Shown one piece after another: positions 10,482 through 19,924 of a DNA stretch of 64,000 bases. Each line of letters starts with the position of its first letter. Position 1 is the stretch's first letter. The translations under genes were made by a program, and so were the position numbers. The stretch spans positions 377,551 through 441,550 of the forward strand of contig NIVC01000436.1 in NCBI GenBank assembly GCA_002269645.1, given 5' to 3'. The DNA is from Macrostomum lignano (lineage: Eukaryota). The notes beneath the pieces were generated by a model. The model ran no database searches. It saw only the letters and a list, made by a program, of their open reading frames with translations, and was not told the origin of the DNA.

Positions 10482-11630
10482 TCAGGGTCGCGGGTCCTGC
10501 ACCGTCCGGGCATCAGTCGACCTGCGGCGTTTCTTGGCCTGGTCGACTTCTGGATCCGAAGTCAGCTGGTAGTCGGCATCAGGGACGAGTAGCAGATTCC
10601 GGCGATGGACTACTAGCTCGTCGCGCCTGGCCCGCGGGTTTGGCACTCTACGGCGAATCTTGTAGACGACCTCGCCCTTGGGTTCGACTACCTCGTACAG
10701 CGCTTTGCGAGGTCGATGGAACTTCGCCGCTTCATCCGGTTCGAGCACCGGGTTGTTGAGGAAAACCAGGTCACCAGGTTGGAGCTTCTTGGCAGCGGGC
10801 AGGTTCGAATAGTGCTCGTCGCGCAGTTGCTGATGCAGATGCAGGCGTTCTTTGGCTAGCTCAGTCGCTTCGTCCAAACGGCGCTGGAAGTCCTTGACAT
10901 AGTCAGGCAGATTGGCATACTCCGGCAGCTTCTTGATCGCGTTGTCGATTGGTAGTCGAAAGTCTCGACCAAACACCAGGTAGTGAGGCGTGAAACCTGT
11001 CACCGGGTGTACACTAGAGCGGAGCGCCATCAAGCAGGCTGGGAGGAAGGTGTCCCAGTCGTTATGGTTGCGCTCGAGGAGGCAGGTGAGGACACTCTTC
11101 AGCTGCTTGTTGAGGTTCTCGACTTGCCCATTAGAAGCTGGGTTGTACGGTGTTGTCGTCGTATGCCGGATGCCAAACAGGTCGCAGAACTTCTTGAAAG
11201 CTGAGCCAGTGAAATTGGTTCCTTGATCAGTGTGTATCCAGCATGGTACACCAAAGTCAGGGATCAAGCGCTCCTGCAGGATCTTGATGACCGTCTTGGC
11301 TTTCTGGTTCCTCATCGGATAGGCGAACGGGTACTTCGACGTCGCGTCGCATAGCGTCAAGATGTAGCGGTTCCCGCTCTTGCTCTTCTGGGCGATAGGG
11401 CCTACTACATCGCAATGTACTCTTCCCAGGACTTCGCACACAGGGAAGCTCTGTACAGGTACTCGGTCTCGTCTTCGGGATTTACTTTCAAGACAGGCGC
11501 GGCACTTACTGATAAAGTTCTCGGTGACACGGGCTAGTCCGGGCCTCCAGAATCGTTCACGTAGCCGCTTCAACGTCTTCGTCTGGCCGAGGTGTCCACA
11601 CAGTGGCGAACTGTGGAGCTCCTGGAGCAC
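10482..11630 (-). CDS. pol: Integrase region of pol (HHCC + DDE); in-frame extension to 10107 after a single TGA
   Basis: LHSSPLCGH...KCRAC zinc-binding motif; VHCDVVGP, IHTDQGTNF and QVENLN catalytic motifs. Separated from the upstream ORF by a frameshift near 11661. Confidence 0.95.
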   Translation of the reverse strand: MLQELHSSPLCGHLGQTKTLKRLRERFWRPGLARVTENFISKCRACLESKSRRRDRVPVQSFPVCEVLGRVHCDVVGPIAQKSKSGNRYILTLCDATSKYPFAYPMRNQKAKTVIKILQERLIPDFGVPCWIHTDQGTNFTGSAFKKFCDLFGIRHTTTTPYNPASNGQVENLNKQLKSVLTCLLERNHNDWDTFLPACLMALRSSVHPVTGFTPHYLVFGRDFRLPIDNAIKKLPEYANLPDYVKDFQRRLDEATELAKERLHLHQQLRDEHYSNLPAAKKLQPGDLVFLNNPVLEPDEAAKFHRPRKALYEVVEPKGEVVYKIRRRVPNPRARRDELVVHRRNLLLVPDADYQLTSDPEVDQAKKRRRSTDARTVQDPRP

Positions 11631-11638
11631 CTGGGCAT

Positions 11639-13060
11639 CTAGAGCTTCGGGCAGGACAACCTTCGGGGCTGCTGGCCATCAGTCAGATCGATCATCAGCA
11701 GGCCGTTGTCCTCTCGCAGATTATCATAATATCCGAGCAGATTCCGCTGCTCCTTCGTCAGTCGCAACCGGGCGTCGAACTCAGGCTTCAGGGCTTTGTT
11801 CTCGACCAAGTTGAGCACGTAGCTGATTGCTCGGTCGGCGCGCTGCGCGTCGACAAACTGTTGCCGCGTCATCGGCATCCTCATAAAATCAGTGAGCACG
11901 GCGCGGCATGGCTGAGGGTTCCGGATTTCCTCAGTCTCCGCTTCTGTGGCTCGCAGTTGATCACGCGACTCCGTCTTGTCGGCGTCAGGATTAGGTCGCT
12001 CCGAGGGACTTTGTCTCACAACGTCGGCGTACGATCGCTGATCTCGTTTCGAAGTTCTCATCGTCGCTCTCTTGACAGGAATTTCCGCAGCTGGAGCAGT
12101 GCACTTGCCTCCACTGCACAGCCCAGGCGACTCTTGGCTGTAGGGCGAGACGCAACACGTGAAGCACGCCTCGTCGCAGGCAGCCGTAGCCGTCGGCTCG
12201 ATCATCGTCGTCATTGGGTGAGTCTTCTCCAGCACTGGGCGGTGTCGCAAAGGGGGACTCGACTTTCCGCACAGGCGATGAGCAGCTGTCTGTCGGCTCG
12301 GGGGACAGAGCGTTGACCTTGCAGCCGTCGCGAGAGTCTGGCCTCTGTCAACACGGCGAGAACTCTCAGCGCAAAACTCCGGGGAGTTGAACTTACATTG
12401 CTGGTCTGGATTCGCGTTGTGGGCTGTCATCAGAAGGGCTGCTTGTTCAGTGGCCTCTGAGTCGTGGTCCATGGGCGTCTCCAGATTCCGAGACCCGCAG
12501 TCTTGGACATCATCAAGGAGGTCTACGTCAGCAGTGGCCTCCGAGGTTTTGTCCGGGCGAATCTCCAAGTAACGGCAGTCGGCGTGGGCGTCGCTGCGGA
12601 GGGCTGAGGTGTCAGTGGCCTCCGGGTTGGTGTCCAAACCGGTCTCCAGGCGTTGACTGCAGCGATGGTCGTCGTGCTGAAGGACTGCTGGCGCAGTGGC
12701 CTCCAGGTCTTCGGCCAGGGCAGTTTCGGCCTCCTTGTTGCGAGTGTGGACCTTCTTCGTGCGGGCTGCTCTCGCAGTGGCCTCACGTGTGGTGTCCAAT
12801 TCCGGCTCCAGGCTGGTGTCATCACCGGGTCGGGCTGCAGAACCGGGGTGCTCCAGCAGTCGGCCATGTTCGAAGTCAACCGGTGGTGTCTCCGGGCGTC
12901 TTGACAGGGCGTCAGCGTTGGCGTGGTCCTTGCCTTTGCGATGGTGAAGCTGGAAGCGGAACTCGCTTAATCGCTCAATCCAACGGCCCAAGATGCCTGT
13001 GACCTGCGTCTGGTTCAGCAGCCACAGCAAGGCCCGATGGTCAGAACGAACTTCAAACTT
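11639..13060 (-). CDS. pol: pol segment: RNase H C-terminus plus long RNase H-integrase linker
   Basis: Upstream in-frame VRSDHRALLWLL...RWIERLSEFRFQLHHRKGKDHANADALSR motif, then about 340 aa of linker, then the pre-integrase helix (QFVDAQRADRAISYV). Joined to the RT ORF by an apparent 1-bp deletion at the T-run 13059-13062. Confidence 0.88.
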   Translation of the reverse strand, partial: KFEVRSDHRALLWLLNQTQVTGILGRWIERLSEFRFQLHHRKGKDHANADALSRRPETPPVDFEHGRLLEHPGSAARPGDDTSLEPELDTTREATARAARTKKVHTRNKEAETALAEDLEATAPAVLQHDDHRCSQRLETGLDTNPEATDTSALRSDAHADCRYLEIRPDKTSEATADVDLLDDVQDCGSRNLETPMDHDSEATEQAALLMTAHNANPDQQCKFNSPEFCAESSRRVDRGQTLATAARSTLCPPSRQTAAHRLCGKSSPPLRHRPVLEKTHPMTTMIEPTATAACDEACFTCCVSPYSQESPGLCSGGKCTAPAAEIPVKRATMRTSKRDQRSYADVVRQSPSERPNPDADKTESRDQLRATEAETEEIRNPQPCRAVLTDFMRMPMTRQQFVDAQRADRAISYVLNLVENKALKPEFDARLRLTKEQRNLLGYYDNLREDNGLLMIDLTDGQQPRRLSCPKL

Positions 13061-15096
13061 TTGCCGATTAAATAATGACGGAAATGTCGCATCGCGTCCA
13101 CGATTGCAAGCAGCTCTTTCTTCGTGACCGTGTAGCGCTTCTCAGGATCACGAAGCTTCCGGCTAAAGAATGCAATTGGGCGCTCGACGCCGTCGGATTG
13201 CCGTTGTCCAAGACAAGCGCCTATGCGAATGTCTGAGGCATCCGTGTCTAGGACAAACTTCACATTAGGATCTGAGTTAAACTCAGGCAGAGCGAGAACT
13301 TCAGTCGAACACAACTTCTTCTTCAACGTGTCGAACGCTACCTGGTGCTCATCAGTCCAATGCTGCCGCAGGCTGCCGATGTCCTTTCGAGTCAGGGCAT
13401 GTAGCGGCGCAGCAAATCCAGCGTAGCCGTTGACAAACTTGTGGTAGTAATTGGCGAGGCCTAGGAATTGTCTCAGTTGAGTAACGGACTGTGGCACGGG
13501 CCAATCACGGATCTGCGCAATCTTGTCCTCACAGGTCTTCAGGCCGTCGGGAGTCACGACGTGGCCTAGATAATGCAGCTCCTTGAGGAACAAATGGCAC
13601 TTCTTCGGCTTGACCTTGAGGTTGGCTGCGATAATCCGCTGGAGTACAGTCCGCAGGTTGTCCAGCTGCTCCTCGAAGGTCACAGAGTGCACCACGATGT
13701 CATCCATGTAGCCAAGCGCAGTCTTTGGCGTCAGGCCGTCCAGGAGCTTATTGATGCAACGCTGAAAGCTGCCTGGACTATCGTGGAGACCCATCGGTAG
13801 AACATTGAAACAGAATTGTCCGCGGTCAATCACAGAGAACGCCGTCAGGTGCTGATCGCAGTCGCGCAGCGGGATCTGCCAGAATCCTTGAGCGAGATCC
13901 AAGCTAGAGTACCACTGGGCACCACGCAGCTTCGCGAAGGTCTCCTGAATGTGCGGCAGCGGGTACGGGTGGTACACACACTTGTCGTTGAGAGCTCTGA
14001 AGTCATGCACCAGCCTGATGTTGCCGTCCTTCTTGGGCACTATCAGCATTGGCGAGTTGTAGCTAGAATAAGCCGGGCGAATGATGTGCTTCGCCAGCAT
14101 CTCGTCTAGCAGGGCGTCTAGCTTGTCCTTCAGATGAGGCGGGATCCTGCGCGGTGGTAGCGCAACTGGTGTCCGATCCTTCAGGATGATCTCGTGGGTC
14201 ACCAGGTGTGTCAGGCCAGCGTCTAGCAGATGCTTCGAGAAGGCTGCTTGACACTCAACTAGTAGATCTCGCACTCTCTGTCGTTGATCTTCGGACAGCT
14301 CGCTGTTGATCTCGACTTCCTCTAGCCAAGCTGTGCTGGACTCTTCAGGGCTCCTTGGCAAATGTCGCACTTCAGGTTCCGGCGTCTCTTCCAGGTACAT
14401 CAGGTCGGCAGTTCTAAGTGGTGTCGCAACACCAACGCGGATGCCCGACTGCAGGAACACCTCACAGTCAGCAGTGTTGACGACCTCGATGTAGCCTCGA
14501 CCTTCAGGCATAGTCATCAGAGCTGGAGCTGCTTCCAGAGTGTTGCAGCTGGGGTGCAGTCTCGACTTCACCAGCTCGACGATTGATGGCGATCCTCGGT
14601 TCTCGGGGTGGCCGACATCCAACTGGACGGCCAACAGCGCTGAACTTCTCGGCGGCAGAGTGCACTTCTCGGAGGTGTACACCCGGCATGATTGAAGCTC
14701 ACGGCGCGAATAGCGAACGGGAATGCACGCGCCATTGTTGAACTTTAACATTCCTTGAGCAAAGTCCAAGTTCTGGCAGTGTTCACGCATGAAATTAATA
14801 CCAAGCAAATTTTCACAATCGGTGACCGTGACCAGGAATTCGGTGTCCGCGACGACATCACCGAACTCCACCGGGATGATCACCTTACACGCAAGGGGTA
14901 GCTGCGTACCGTCGTACATGGTCACGCAATCCGGGATAGCATGCGATATGATACAACGAGGCATCCGACGTCTAACATTGGCCCAGGTCGACGCTCCAAG
15001 AAAGTTTTTCCGACTGCCGCTGTCTAGTAGGAAAGGGACTTCTCGGCCCGCCAATCGGCCGGTGACGTACGGATCAGCCTCACGCGCATGGATTTT
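13015..15096 (-). CDS. pol: pol segment: aspartic protease, reverse transcriptase, RNase H
   Basis: FLLDSG protease motif; RLVHDFRALN, LDLAQGFWQ, LPMGL and GYMDD RT motifs; LDTDASDIRIGACL RNase H motif. Confidence 0.97.
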   Translation of the reverse strand, partial: KIHAREADPYVTGRLAGREVPFLLDSGSRKNFLGASTWANVRRRMPRCIISHAIPDCVTMYDGTQLPLACKVIIPVEFGDVVADTEFLVTVTDCENLLGINFMREHCQNLDFAQGMLKFNNGACIPVRYSRRELQSCRVYTSEKCTLPPRSSALLAVQLDVGHPENRGSPSIVELVKSRLHPSCNTLEAAPALMTMPEGRGYIEVVNTADCEVFLQSGIRVGVATPLRTADLMYLEETPEPEVRHLPRSPEESSTAWLEEVEINSELSEDQRQRVRDLLVECQAAFSKHLLDAGLTHLVTHEIILKDRTPVALPPRRIPPHLKDKLDALLDEMLAKHIIRPAYSSYNSPMLIVPKKDGNIRLVHDFRALNDKCVYHPYPLPHIQETFAKLRGAQWYSSLDLAQGFWQIPLRDCDQHLTAFSVIDRGQFCFNVLPMGLHDSPGSFQRCINKLLDGLTPKTALGYMDDIVVHSVTFEEQLDNLRTVLQRIIAANLKVKPKKCHLFLKELHYLGHVVTPDGLKTCEDKIAQIRDWPVPQSVTQLRQFLGLANYYHKFVNGYAGFAAPLHALTRKDIGSLRQHWTDEHQVAFDTLKKKLCSTEVLALPEFNSDPNVKFVLDTDASDIRIGACLGQRQSDGVERPIAFFSRKLRDPEKRYTVTKKELLAIVDAMRHFRHYLIGKSLKFVLTIGPCCGC

Positions 15097-15137
15097 TTAT
15101 CATCGGAGGTGTCCACGAAACCTCCGCTCAGCCTCAC

Positions 15138-16307
15138 TTACTGATGAGCGACTGTCGGACTGGGCATTGGCGCCTGCGCAGCCGACATCCTCTTCTTCTG
15201 GTGAGCGTTCGGAGTCTGCCAAGTAGCCGGGGCTTGGGCTCTGCGGAGGGCGTTGCCGTGGGCGCTCTCCGTCTCGCCGTTTCCCTGGTTCTGGCGTAAC
15301 GGGCACTGTGCATTGCGATGACCAGGCTGACCGCAGCCATAGCAGATCATGGCTTTCGAAGGCGGACTCGTCTTCTGCTGCTGGTCACGCTGCACCAGGT
15401 TGTCTAGCAGTCGCTGCTGTTTCTCTAGCAGATCAGTCAGAGCTAGGAGAGCTTGAGCGGTGGCGTCGGGCGTCGGGTCACCGTCGCGCTCCCCGTTCAG
15501 CATGCGAACCGGGGGTTGAGCAGAGCGCTGCGCCAGTTCCTTGGCGCCTTCCAGACGATGGAGTTCTCGAATAGCGGCCAGCAGATTGTTCGGGCGGACC
15601 CAATAGAGCCGCTCGCGCAGATCTGGTGTCGTCCTGATGCCAGCTAGGAACTGATCAGCCAGCTCCCGCTCTCGATCCTCAGGGTGCATTCGAGGGTACG
15701 CTCGCTCTCCCAAGGTGCGCAGGGCATCAGCGTACTCTTCTGCTGACTCATTCTTGCCTTGCTGACGGCGCCTCAGCAGCTCTCGATATTCATCCGCGCC
15801 ACCGTGGCGGGCGAATCTCTCGATCAGTCGCTGCCTGACCTCCTCGTAGCCAGCATAGCGTGGGAGGTGCATACTGAGCAGAGCCGGGTAAGCGGTTGCC
15901 AGATCTAGACTCGCAACGAGGTGCTGCTTCATCTCGATCGGGTCTTCGATACGCTCCATCTCGCAGCGCTGCTCGAACGCGGCGAGCCAGACGTGGATGT
16001 CCTGGCTGGGCGTGTACTTTACAATCTTAACAGATTTGCTTACCGGCCGCTCCATCTGCTGCTGCAGAGCTGCCATCATCGTTCTCACATCCTGGGGCCT
16101 GATGTTCTGGCCGAGGTCGTCCAAACCTGGCAGAAGCTCGTCTGGCGGGTCTTCGGACACTTCGCTTCTCGCACTTCGCCGCGGCATCTGCTGACCAAGG
16201 TCGTTGACCGCTGCTGCTGCGGCAGCCGATGCTGCTGCAGGTCTCGAACTGCTGATGTGCTGATCCAGCCGGCTGCTGCACCGGCTCTCTTCTCTCTCGT
16301 TAAACAT
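15138..16307 (-). CDS. gag: gag, 389 aa, with CCHC zinc knuckle
   Basis: ATG ORF about 200 bp after the 5' LTR. Capsid-like helical region and CYGCGQPGHRNAQC (C-x2-C-x4-H-x4-C). Confidence 0.92.
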   Translation of the reverse strand: MFNEREESRCSSRLDQHISSSRPAAASAAAAAAVNDLGQQMPRRSARSEVSEDPPDELLPGLDDLGQNIRPQDVRTMMAALQQQMERPVSKSVKIVKYTPSQDIHVWLAAFEQRCEMERIEDPIEMKQHLVASLDLATAYPALLSMHLPRYAGYEEVRQRLIERFARHGGADEYRELLRRRQQGKNESAEEYADALRTLGERAYPRMHPEDRERELADQFLAGIRTTPDLRERLYWVRPNNLLAAIRELHRLEGAKELAQRSAQPPVRMLNGERDGDPTPDATAQALLALTDLLEKQQRLLDNLVQRDQQQKTSPPSKAMICYGCGQPGHRNAQCPLRQNQGNGETESAHGNALRRAQAPATWQTPNAHQKKRMSAAQAPMPSPTVAHQ

Positions 16308-16395
16308 TTCAAATTAGTAGAATAGCCGAATTCTTACTCGAAAGAGCGGTTGTCTTGGGTGTAGTAGTAGTCGAATCTTGACTTGTCGGATCCCA

Positions 16396-16488
16396 GATAG
16401 TCGTGTCGTTGACTCGTCGAATCCCAGATAGTCGTGTCGTTGACTCGTCGAATCCCAGATAGTCGTGTCGTTGACTCGTCGAATCCCA
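16396..16488. repeat. 3 x 31-bp tandem repeat overlapping the PBS in the element's 5' leader
   Basis: GATAGTCGTGTCGTTGACTCGTCGAATCCCA occurs three times; the last copy runs into the PBS. Confidence 0.9.
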
Positions 16489-16502
16489 CCGCTGAGTCAC
16501 CA
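16479..16502 (-). promoter_or_regulatory. Primer-binding site, tRNA-Leu-like, with an internal bulge
   Basis: 1 nt after the 5' LTR the minus strand reads TGGTGACTCAGCGGTGGGATTCGA. The + strand TCGAATCCCACCGCTG...CACCA resembles metazoan tRNA-Leu 3' ends (TCGAATCCCACCGCTGCCA-CCA). Confidence 0.75.
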
Positions 16503-16503
16503 G

Positions 16504-17549
16504 TGAAGTACTGGTGTCTTGCTGCTTCCCAATCAGTTGCGAGAGCTGCCTACCTTGAGCTCCTCTGGGAAGTCTCCAGGTTGATCTAGTAGCGTCGGTA
16601 GTGCTGCCACCAGCTTCGCAGAGTCGCAGCCTTCGGTGAGGTGCTGAGCTCGTAGAAGCAAATAATTAAGACGAGAGAAAGAGACTCGCACTCCGTGCAG
16701 ATTTAGCAGTTCTCGCGCAGAGGTGCCCACCGTCAGCAGTCCCTGCCGGGCTGGTGCGGGGTGAGAGCGAAAGTGCTAGCTTCGGGCGATCTGAGCTGGC
16801 CTGCTAGCTGATAGCAGGAACAATCAGAGCCAGAGGCAGTCACGCGCAAAGTCGGGAGTCTTGGAGTTCAACTTAAGCGCAAACTTGGCACACAAACTTA
16901 GAGGCTTGAACTGAGAAAATCTCGGGCTCGAAAACAGGAGAGAAAGCCGGTTAACGGAAGGAAAGAAAGGCTTGTCTGAGCCAAGCCAGGAGAGGGGCTG
17001 CATTTATAGGGAGGATCGATTGCACCATAGCACGAAAGGCCCCCGCTGAGAGTCATAAGTGACTCTGTTGCTATTTTTAGCAACAAACAAGCGGGCCCTG
17101 CCTCAGAGGAGGCAAGGGGGGGTCCGGGCGCACGTGATCTCCCCATAAACACGAGCCCAGCGTACAATGATGAAATCATTGCACTTTGGACTAAAGAAGG
17201 AAGAGGGCCTTGTCATGTGACTGACTCACATGACAAGGGGAAAAGGCCCACAAGTGAAGGCACTCGTGACCGTGGGACCGGAAAACAGGAAGGCACTCCA
17301 AATTTGGAGATGCCTGACAGAGAACGAAACAGAGGCAGGCCAGACCAAGCTGTCTGGGCACTGCAAAAAGGGAAAGCGAGACAAAAGGGGCAAACGAGGA
17401 CAAACAGACAGACAGACAAACGGGCAGAGGACAGGCCAGGGACAGGCGGGAGGGACAGGCAACTGCCCAGCGGCAGACAGAAACCAGGGGAGAAGGCGAG
17501 GGCAACAGCTGACTAGTGCGGCGCCTAACTAAACTAGCGACTCACTACA
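16504..17549 (-). repeat. 5' LTR (1046 bp)
   Basis: Partner of 7474-8517. TATA-like CTATAAATG on the minus strand near 17001-17009. Confidence 0.97.
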
Positions 17550-17710
17550 GTAAAGACGTATTATATGTAGTTGCGTTGACGTGCTGAGTATACCTGCCTA
17601 ATGTAACGTTTTACATCGTCAGAAACTTTAACAAACAACTGCAAGGGTGCATTAGCTTTTTATATGTAATATCCTTTAACCATATCATAATTTATTTTTT
17701 GCCATTGCAG

Positions 17711-17769
17711 CTACCTCTAGTCAGCAGTGCTTTCAATACACAATACTCAAGCAGTATGCCGCATTTTAA
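17711..17769 (+). CDS. Candidate next exon of the IF/LTD gene, downstream of the retrotransposon
   Basis: Strong acceptor TTATTTTTTGCCATTGCAG, open in phase 0 (LPLVSSAFNTQYSSSMPHF) and followed by a possible donor GTACGT. No homology support. Confidence 0.35.
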
Positions 17770-18778
17770 GTACGTAATTTACACATTTTATCACGATCAG
17801 TAGATGTCTTTGTCTAATGATTATAAGTTTAAATGTCTACATACACATATAATTAAATCAACATGCACCTAGTTCAATTGCATTTGTTTTATCATGCCCT
17901 GTATATACTAAAATTATTATTGCATCAGCACAGAGAATATCCCAGTTGTAAATTATAACTAATTTGTGATTGCACTTCTTGATGCATTACTTTGGCCTAA
18001 TTGTCTATCTTTACTGGCGCGTACTCGCATGCAGCGGCAGAGCAAGCTATTAATGCAGATGCAGGAGCAATGATTAATGTTGCCTGCTATATAAACCTTT
18101 ATCTTAAAACATTTCACGATAATTAATTTGCTTTGAAATATGTCTCAATAAGAAATGAATTGTACTTTTTATGGCAGAACTGTAATTTTCAAGTCTGGAA
18201 AAATCAGGAATAAAAATATCCGGTTTTTATTCTGCATAGGAAATGTAATAATTTTGTTATTATTTGGTAAAATGCAACCGTGAGGCAACCCGGGGGCCAA
18301 CAGATAAATCTAAATAATAGATACACCGTAGGGCGTAGGCCTTAACTATGCTTTATATTTTTGCTTTCATTATCGCTAATGAGTCGTCATGCTATGCATA
18401 TTTGCTTTTCAACCTATCCTCTTATACCTCTGTCAATTAAAATTGCACGCAAGGATTTACTTAAGTACTTGAAAAATGGTAATAAAATGGTGTTAATTAA
18501 GACCCTGTCTGTCTCCACATTGCATATAATAAACGTCGTATTCGGTATTCGAATCAGTATTCGTAGTAGTTTATTTATATCGGCAAAAATTCAATAATAT
18601 CGCAAAAGGATAATGTCTGACCTTGGCTTCATTTTCATTACAGCTCAGTGGCTCCACCTAAAATTGTCCATGTTATGATATTTGTCTTCTCAGTGGACGC
18701 ACCTTTTGCCAAGACAGCAGTACGAGCGTATAGAGATGAAACGAAATAAATTAGGATGTAGATGGTCATTGTATCTAA

Positions 18779-18851
18779 GCCGCGATAGCTCAGTAGGGAG
18801 AGCGTTAGACTGAAGATCTAAAGGTCCCTGGTTCGATCCCGGGTCGCGGCA
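18779..18851 (+). tRNA. trnF-GAA: tRNA-Phe (GAA)
   Basis: GCCGCGA/TCGCGGC acceptor stem, D-arm AGCTCAGTAGGGAGAGC, anticodon arm TTAGA-CTGAAGA-TCTAA, T-loop GGTTCGATCC, 73 nt, T6 Pol III terminator at 18853-18858. Confidence 0.97.
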
Positions 18852-19924
18852 ATTTTTTGTCAGTCGCGACTTGTCTGTCAACTATTTATTTTTCTCTGAT
18901 GTTTTTTTAATTTGTAAAAAAATTAATTTATAAAAATTTCAACGAACTAACTAAAGTTCACCTTTAACGCAACAGTCCATCACTTTCCGATATGTGTCGA
19001 AAGTATGTCTTTTCCTGCGATTTTTTTTACTGAAAAATATTCGAGTTACGACTTTTACGAGTAAAACTTTTTAAGTTCAAATTTGCACACTAGCAACCAA
19101 ATTCGGCATTTTCAACCAAATTTTAGCCTGACGTAATTCTTCGCTCGGATCTGGAGCGGCCAAGCCCGTTTTCAAAGCCACACAGCCGGTTCGACGATGG
19201 AATGAAGCAGGTTCAGAGCATGTACAATTCTGAGCATTTACCGCCAATGCCCCGGCCGCCAGCAGCTGTAAAAGCCGAAGGAAACTGAGTTGCAAAAGCG
19301 ACCAAATGGTTTACAGCTATGTTCTTTGAATTTCAAAAAAAGTAGCACGAATTTATATTTTTAAGCCGTCTTGCTGCCAGCTTTAAGTTTTACGCCGAGT
19401 TTTTTTATTTTTTATATTGTTTTCATCTACTTATAGTAGAAAAGTAATAATAGTTGCTTTGAAATTATTCTAACCATGTGCGCACGCCAGTAGCTCGTGA
19501 TTAAAGCTTTAAAAAGAACACCGTCTCCTTTTAATGCTTTTTCCAATTCTCTTACCTTAAATGATTGCCTAACTACTTAAGGATGATATATCTATATTTT
19601 GCTACTATTTTAACATTTTCAATCGGATTAACACTTAACAAATATAAGAAAAATCTGACAAGTTTTTTGCGAATCCCATGACCGAATTTGAAACTTTCAA
19701 TACCGAATTCATCGTCAATATACCCATTTGCTTCTACCTTTTGCCTTTTTAAGCTGTATCGTTTTTGCAGTATGTACAGTACAAATAAAAATACAGTTAC
19801 AAATTATTAAATAAATTCAGATTAAACCGTAATGTTGCTGACGTTCCAAAGTTTAGGACAAATTTTCAGTATTCGATGTACTTTTGTTTGTTAATAAATT
19901 CTAGTGCCGTAGAACATCGTGACA

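Larger units (their letters stand above)
7474..17549 (-). mobile_element. Full-length Ty3/Gypsy LTR retrotransposon with an extra 3' ORF
   Basis: TG...CA LTRs at 7474-8517 and 16504-17549. 4-bp TSD GTAA at 7470-7473 and 17550-17553. PBS, PPT, gag, and pol in PR-RT-RH-IN order. Confidence 0.97.

Noticed and set aside
8884-15574. Many plus-strand ORFs overlapping gag, pol and ORF3
   Set aside because: Expected antisense shadow ORFs of GC-rich coding sequence; none shows independent domain features.
16396-16488. CRISPR-like appearance of the 31-bp direct repeats
   Set aside because: The repeats are contiguous with no spacers, in a eukaryotic retrotransposon leader.
19077-19295. Signal-peptide-like minus-strand ORF (LQLSFLRLLQLLAAGALAVNAQNCTC)
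   Set aside because: Starts at TTG; no upstream ATG exon or downstream partner exon could be linked in phase.
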